Virus record (IMG/VR): IMGVR_UViG_2579778919_000006
Location: 1-42,066 of that record
From: a virus
Taxonomy: Duplodnaviria; Heunggongvirae; Uroviricota; Caudoviricetes
Length of the DNA stretch: 42,066 bases
Reading direction: 5' to 3' (one strand)
Of this stretch, positions 37,249-42,066 are shown one piece after another (position 1 is the first letter of the stretch; every line of letters begins with the position of its first letter). The position numbers and the translations under genes are program-made. The notes beneath the pieces are model-generated. The model worked only from the letters and a program-made list of their open reading frames with translations, ran no database searches and was not told the origin of the DNA.

Positions 37249-37441
37249 GTGGGTTCACCTCAAAGCCGCACACGTTTTAAGCCAGTTCAGAGCAAGGCGC
37301 ATTCACCCCTGCCGTATGCACAGCTCCGGTAATTTGAGCCTCAAGGTTAATCATCGCTGGCGGCTACTATCCCGCGATGGCGGAAAGAACTGGGAAGTAA
37401 TGAGTCACGAACGATACAGCAAAGTTAAGGACCGGAAATGA
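37202..37441 (+). CDS. hypothetical small basic protein (start uncertain, 37202 or 37220)
   Basis: both candidate ATGs have GGAGG-type Shine-Dalgarno sequences; overlaps the 3' end of the previous gene. Confidence 0.3.
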   Translation: MKWRNLMALTAIRIPEWVHLKAAHVLSQFRARRIHPCRMHSSGNLSLKVNHRWRLLSRDGGKNWEVMSHERYSKVKDRK

Positions 37442-37851
37442 ACGATAAACGCACCGTAAGCATGATTGACCTGGCATTACAGAAACACGATACGCCAGTT
37501 GGCCCACTGTTCGTGGCAGTACGCCACGGTCGTATCAAAAAATGCTTCACGCGAGATACGGCGATCCGCTATCTGGCTTTCTTCATGACCACCGAGGCTT
37601 TTGAGCGTTCAGGTTTTCCGCAGCGTCACCCGCGGGTGCGTATTGATCGCGATGATAGGGAGGTATGGCGAGACGGGGAAACAAAGGCTGAGTATCTGGC
37701 CGCCCATCAGCGTTGTGTTCGCCGTCTACGTCGCATCCTGGCGCGTAAGCGAGAAATGGAGAAGTGGCGTAAGAAATGGGACGCGATGCATGACCGGTTC
37801 ATTAAAGAGGTCGATGCACTTCAAGCCATCAAGCCTAAAGGAGTGTATTGA
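37438..37851 (+). CDS. hypothetical protein
   Basis: 137-aa Arg-rich ORF with ATGA coupling to neighbours. Confidence 0.4.
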   Translation: MNDKRTVSMIDLALQKHDTPVGPLFVAVRHGRIKKCFTRDTAIRYLAFFMTTEAFERSGFPQRHPRVRIDRDDREVWRDGETKAEYLAAHQRCVRRLRRILARKREMEKWRKKWDAMHDRFIKEVDALQAIKPKGVY

Positions 37852-38429
37852 TGATTGCTTCAGCCTTTACTCCGGAGCCGACATCAACAGGCATCCGTTT
37901 TGGTAACCGCGTCATTGGTTATTCCGTCGCTGTTCGCCAACTCGACAATGGCATCTATGACAAACGAATTCCGGATGGATTAGATCTGCTGGCTTGCATC
38001 ATGGAAGCGATTGAAAGCGGCTGGTTTACCCCTGGCATCGAGAAAGAAATCATCCTGTGGCGCTGGCTTGTGGCAACTGTGTTCATCAACGAAGAGAGGG
38101 ATAAGAACGGCACTATCGATATCCCTAACGAGTCCGGAGGAGTCGACACCGCAGTTATTTATTCGGGTAAGAAAGGCGATCTGAGTATCTATCCTGGCCC
38201 ACTACGCTTTTCTCTTGCCAACCACGTAGAAAGTATCGCGATTGAGAAATACGGCGTGGAGAAGGGTTCAATGATGGCCCTTCGCATGTACCAGAACATG
38301 GTGATAGCAGATCCAGAAGACGGATTCAGGATGTCACCCTTTGGACGAGAGGGGCTTGAGATGCTTCACGATGACTACATCGGAATGATTAAAACCAGCG
38401 GCATGCCAGATATGCCAGTTATGCACTGA
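37848..38429 (+). CDS. hypothetical protein
   Basis: 193-aa ORF; no family recognised. Confidence 0.4.
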   Translation: MMIASAFTPEPTSTGIRFGNRVIGYSVAVRQLDNGIYDKRIPDGLDLLACIMEAIESGWFTPGIEKEIILWRWLVATVFINEERDKNGTIDIPNESGGVDTAVIYSGKKGDLSIYPGPLRFSLANHVESIAIEKYGVEKGSMMALRMYQNMVIADPEDGFRMSPFGREGLEMLHDDYIGMIKTSGMPDMPVMH

Positions 38430-38437
38430 GGGAACTG

Positions 38438-39271
38438 ATGATGAATAACCAGCTGATGACATTTAGTTCAGAAGAGCTCGATTTTTCGATGAGTGGGGTC
38501 CTCTACGAAGGAAAACCAGCATTTGACGCAGTTGAATTGGCTAAGTCGCTTGGGTATACGAACCCAGCAAAAGCACTGAAAGACCATTGTAAGTCTCTGA
38601 TTAAACTTAATTATAACGAATCGTTAGAATTGGGATTTGGTGAAAAACCACGTGGCACTCAACTTGCCGGTCAGGCTGATTTGTTCCGACTGATCCTGCG
38701 TAGCCAGCTCCCATCCGCTGAACGTGTGCAGGACTGGGTTTGTGAGGATGTACTTCCAACCATCATGGCCACTGGCACATACGGCAAAGAAGTGCCAGTA
38801 ACTAAATCACACCAGCAGGGGATCAGCATGAATAACGATATTCTTTCCTTGGCCCGGGTGGTTGCCGAAGCAACCGCATCAGCGACGATGAAAGCGGTTT
38901 TGGAAGTCAGCGGTACTAGCCTGGTTACTACTGCGACCGAATCCCCCGCAGCGCCACAGCAACGCATCAGTTCAACTGAATTCATTAGCACTGACGCTGA
39001 GTTCGTTCCGGTGCATAAGATTTCGTGGGAAACCGGTCTGTCCGATCCTTCCTGCCGTCGCCTCGTTCGGTTCGCAAACCTGCCATCCAGGCAATTACCA
39101 GGCGTTCGCGGTCTGTGCGTGCATCGTGAATCATTCATGCACGCCTTCCAGGTTCTGCTGGAAGAATCCACTCCCCCGGGCGGTAAGCGCAAGCGCTGGC
39201 AGCATACGGAGTTTGGCGGATTCGTTCTGCGTAAGGCACCAGTAAACGCGAATGATGAGAGTGCTGTATGA
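38438..39271 (+). CDS. Bro-N domain protein (antirepressor-like)
   Basis: N-terminus FSSEELDFSMSGVLYEGKPAFDAVELAKSLGYTNPAKAL...ADLFRLILRSQLPSAERVQDWVCEDVLPTI fits the Bro-N/AntA-type pattern. Confidence 0.65.
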   Translation: MMNNQLMTFSSEELDFSMSGVLYEGKPAFDAVELAKSLGYTNPAKALKDHCKSLIKLNYNESLELGFGEKPRGTQLAGQADLFRLILRSQLPSAERVQDWVCEDVLPTIMATGTYGKEVPVTKSHQQGISMNNDILSLARVVAEATASATMKAVLEVSGTSLVTTATESPAAPQQRISSTEFISTDAEFVPVHKISWETGLSDPSCRRLVRFANLPSRQLPGVRGLCVHRESFMHAFQVLLEESTPPGGKRKRWQHTEFGGFVLRKAPVNANDESAV

Positions 39272-39492
39272 AGATCCAATATCAGGACTACGGCGCCGCA
39301 GCGAACATCGTGATCACCAGTACCGTGTTTGAATTCCGTAAACATAACCGGGTGGTAGACGCCGCCCTGCTCTGCACGCCAGGCATCATTGCAACCCGTA
39401 GCGGCGTGCTTTTCATGAAGTCGGTTTTGTCCGGTAAATCTCTCGACATGTTGCGAGCCTACAAGACAATCCAGCGAGAGGCGACACGATGA
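39268..39492 (+). CDS. hypothetical small protein
   Basis: 74-aa ORF coupled to neighbours. Confidence 0.35.
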   Translation: MKIQYQDYGAAANIVITSTVFEFRKHNRVVDAALLCTPGIIATRSGVLFMKSVLSGKSLDMLRAYKTIQREATR

Positions 39493-39950
39493 GCAAAATT
39501 CAGAACCCTGTCGTGCTTATCTATAAGCGCGAAAACAGTGATACCTACGCTGTCGCGATCACCAATGGCAGCCAGGACTATCACGACGCCGTTCTGATGG
39601 CGACGATGGAACCGGATATGGCCGGTGATGATGTAGATACCTGGAGCAAAACCGGTTACTACATGGCGGCGGAGATTCAGCGCTTACGCCAGCAGTTGAT
39701 CGCCCCTTTAAGTATTGGGGAGTTAATTCAGCGTCTTGAATCGCAGACTGGCGACCACTGGGAGAGAGTGGTTTGCGATGTCACTTCTGGTAAACCGTTG
39801 ACCATCACCCTGCCAGATATCACGTCAAAGGCGTTCTGGAGCGGTACCGGGAAAAGCGAGGTATTCCATCCGGAAAGCTATAAGCGCTGGGTAAAGGAAG
39901 CTATAGAACGAGCCTGTGTTATCGCAGGGATCGGTGTGGAGGTGAAGTGA
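39489..39950 (+). CDS. hypothetical protein
   Basis: 153-aa ORF; no family recognised. Confidence 0.4.
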   Translation: MSKIQNPVVLIYKRENSDTYAVAITNGSQDYHDAVLMATMEPDMAGDDVDTWSKTGYYMAAEIQRLRQQLIAPLSIGELIQRLESQTGDHWERVVCDVTSGKPLTITLPDITSKAFWSGTGKSEVFHPESYKRWVKEAIERACVIAGIGVEVK

Positions 39951-40312
39951 TGCAAAAATCATTTATCAATACAGACAATCTGAACTCTGTAAATGACTGC
40001 CTCCAGCAACTGGTAATCGCTGAAGAAACACAACTGAGCATTGAAGACCAGTTGTCCAACTCAAACAGTAGTAGTGAATGGAGTGCGTGGCGCAAAAAGG
40101 CAGAGAATGCCTTACGGGTTGTAAAAGCGAAGCGTCGCATCATCACAGCCCGTCTTGCTGTTCTCCGCCAGATTGAAAAAGAAAACAACATGCAACTCCA
40201 CCAGCGACACAACGATTACCTGGTTGCTGAGTTGAAAAAGATTGTTACGCCGTCGTCGTTTGAGCGTTGCGTTCGTCGGGTTGATGAAAAATTGGAGGGA
40301 TCAATTGAATAA
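39947..40312 (+). CDS. hypothetical protein
   Basis: 121-aa ORF; no family recognised. Confidence 0.4.
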   Translation: MMQKSFINTDNLNSVNDCLQQLVIAEETQLSIEDQLSNSNSSSEWSAWRKKAENALRVVKAKRRIITARLAVLRQIEKENNMQLHQRHNDYLVAELKKIVTPSSFERCVRRVDEKLEGSIE

Positions 40313-40460
40313 GGCATTTGAAATCTGGGTGCGTCAGCGGTACGGAAACCGCTACGACCTCTCGAGGGATCAGGAAGGATTCTACTGCCGGGAAGTGGTT
40401 AAACGAATGTTCGAAACGTGGTGCCACTGCCGTGGCCTGAACGTGGTGTGAGGCGGGTAT

Positions 40461-40697
40461 ATGAGCAATGTTATTCAGTTAGCTCCTAACGATTGGGTTT
40501 GTGAAAGTGTTCTGATCGCGGTGACCGGGCTCAAGCCCGGTACCATCCTCCGGGCCAGAAAAGAGTGCTGGATGGTTGGGAGGGAGTATATCCACGTATC
40601 ACCTGACGGGAATCCAAAACCTTCCAGTGAGTGCATGTATAACAGAAAGGCTGTAGATGCCTGGGTCGCTTCAATGAAAAGCAAGCAGCCAGGATGA
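40461..40697 (+). CDS. xis: putative excisionase
   Basis: 78-aa protein immediately upstream of the integrase; LAPNDWVCESVLIAVTGLKPGTILRARKECWMVGREYIHVSPDG resembles small excisionase-like proteins of enterobacterial prophages as I recall them. Confidence 0.55.
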   Translation: MSNVIQLAPNDWVCESVLIAVTGLKPGTILRARKECWMVGREYIHVSPDGNPKPSSECMYNRKAVDAWVASMKSKQPG

Positions 40698-40752
40698 TTT
40701 GATGCCATGAAAAAGGTAAGCTCGTATTGCTCTTGGGCGTCTGGAGGTATTA

Positions 40753-42066
40753 ATGGATAAAATCACATATCCAACAGGCGTCGAAAACCACGGTGGCAGT
40801 CTGCGCATCTGGTTTAATTTTAAAGGTAAGCGCGTCAGGGAAAACCTCGGTGTCCCTGACACCGCTAAGAACAGGAAGATCGCCGGGGAACTGCGGGTGT
40901 CGGTATGCTTTGCCATCCGCACGGGAAGCTTTGATTATGCTGAACGGTTTCCAGATTCACCTAACCTTAAAATTTTTGGGTTGGGCAAGAAAGAAATCAC
41001 AGTGAAAGAACTCGAAGAGAAGTGGCTGGATCTGAAAAAGATGGAAATCAGCGCGAACGCGCACAAACGGTACGAGTCGGTCGTGGCAGTTGTTGTACCG
41101 CTGATCGGGGCTACCCGACTGGTGACAGCGATTGAGAAAGAAGAGTTGCTGTACATCAGGAAAGAGCTTTTGATGGGTTATCAGTGCGCGGCAAAGGGCA
41201 GGATCCCTGTTAAGGGCCGGAGCGCGGTCACCGTCAATTACTACATGACGACTATCGCCGGAATGTTCCAGTTCGCCGCCGATAATGGGTACATAAAGGC
41301 AAATCCCTTTGATGGAATAAAGCCATTAAAAAGGGCCAGGGTGGAGCCAGATCCGCTCAGCCGTGATGAATTCATCCGTCTGATAGATGCGTGCCGGCAT
41401 CAGCAGACGAAAAACATGTGGTCACTGGCGGTGTACACAGGTGTTCGTCACGGAGAACTGGTTTCCCTGGCATGGGAAGATATAGACCTTGAAGCGGGTA
41501 CAATAACAATTCGCCGTAATTATACAAAACTGGGCGAGTTCACACTACCGAAAACGGACGCCAGTACGGATAGAGTGATACACCTCATTCAGCCAGCCAT
41601 CGATGCGTTAAGGAATCAGATGGAAATGACCAGACTCGGGCAGCAGTATCACATCAACGTGCAATTGCGTGAATATGGTCGAACAACGCAGCACAGCTGT
41701 ACATTTGTCTTTAACCCTAAGATAGTCCGTCGAAGTAAGGATGTGGGGGTTATCTACAAGGTTGATTCGTTTGGTGACTCGTGGGACGCAGGGTTAAAAA
41801 AGGCGGGGATCAGGCATCGAAAAGCTTACCAGTCGCGCCACACTTACGCGTGCTGGTCACTGGCTGCTGGCGCCAATCCAAGCTTTATAGCCAGTCAGAT
41901 GGGGCACGCTAGTGCGCAAATGGTTTTCAATGTGTACGGCGCATGGATGGCAGACAATAACGCAGAGCAGATCGCAATGCTGAATCAGAAGCTGGGTGAT
42001 TTTGCCCCATTGATGCCCCATAGACCACAAACTAGCAGTAGAGGATTATTAAAATCAGCAAGTTAA
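40753..42066 (+). CDS. int: tyrosine integrase (lambda Int family)
   Basis: 437 aa; C-terminal catalytic region with conserved Arg (TGVRHGEL), His/Arg (HRKAYQSRHTYA) and Tyr (MVFNVYGAWM); ends at the last base of the window. Confidence 0.9.
   Translation: MDKITYPTGVENHGGSLRIWFNFKGKRVRENLGVPDTAKNRKIAGELRVSVCFAIRTGSFDYAERFPDSPNLKIFGLGKKEITVKELEEKWLDLKKMEISANAHKRYESVVAVVVPLIGATRLVTAIEKEELLYIRKELLMGYQCAAKGRIPVKGRSAVTVNYYMTTIAGMFQFAADNGYIKANPFDGIKPLKRARVEPDPLSRDEFIRLIDACRHQQTKNMWSLAVYTGVRHGELVSLAWEDIDLEAGTITIRRNYTKLGEFTLPKTDASTDRVIHLIQPAIDALRNQMEMTRLGQQYHINVQLREYGRTTQHSCTFVFNPKIVRRSKDVGVIYKVDSFGDSWDAGLKKAGIRHRKAYQSRHTYACWSLAAGANPSFIASQMGHASAQMVFNVYGAWMADNNAEQIAMLNQKLGDFAPLMPHRPQTSSRGLLKSAS

Noticed and set aside
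41900-42066. Possible attachment site near the integrase 3' end
   Set aside because: The integrase stop codon is the last base of the window; any att core would lie outside the visible sequence.

Overview
Almost the entire 42-kb window is a lambda-like, cos-packaging prophage from an enterobacterial-type genome, with most genes on the minus strand. Reading from high to low coordinates: integrase and putative excisionase (40461-42066, + strand), an early operon of small genes including a Bro-N antirepressor-like protein, a CI-like repressor with divergent Cro-like gene (34396-35431), an HNH endonuclease, a putative replication initiator carrying iteron-like repeats, a primase-helicase, a Q-like protein, four tRNA genes, a pinholin / SAR-endolysin / Rz lysis cassette, a cos site that I recognise as close to lambda cosN-cosB, and a head and tail gene order matching lambda Nu1-A-W-B-C-D-E-FI-FII-Z-U-V-G-T-H-M-L-K-I-J, followed by a tail fibre gene. 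The distal end (1-981) holds a LexA box between a dinI-family gene and a small-ORF plus UmuD'-like pair. Both prophage ends lie outside the window. The conserved backbone is interrupted by several cargo insertions of unknown function; the best candidates for something undescribed are the AT-rich 316-aa gene antisense in the late leader (28643-29593), the KilA-N plus lipoprotein cassette between tail genes K and I, the HTH plus stand-alone S24 peptidase pair next to cI, and the armless UmuD'-like protein. All protein calls rest on motifs and remembered family resemblance, not on database searches; the ORF track accepts GTG starts, so several starts were re-set to the nearest ATG with a Shine-Dalgarno sequence.
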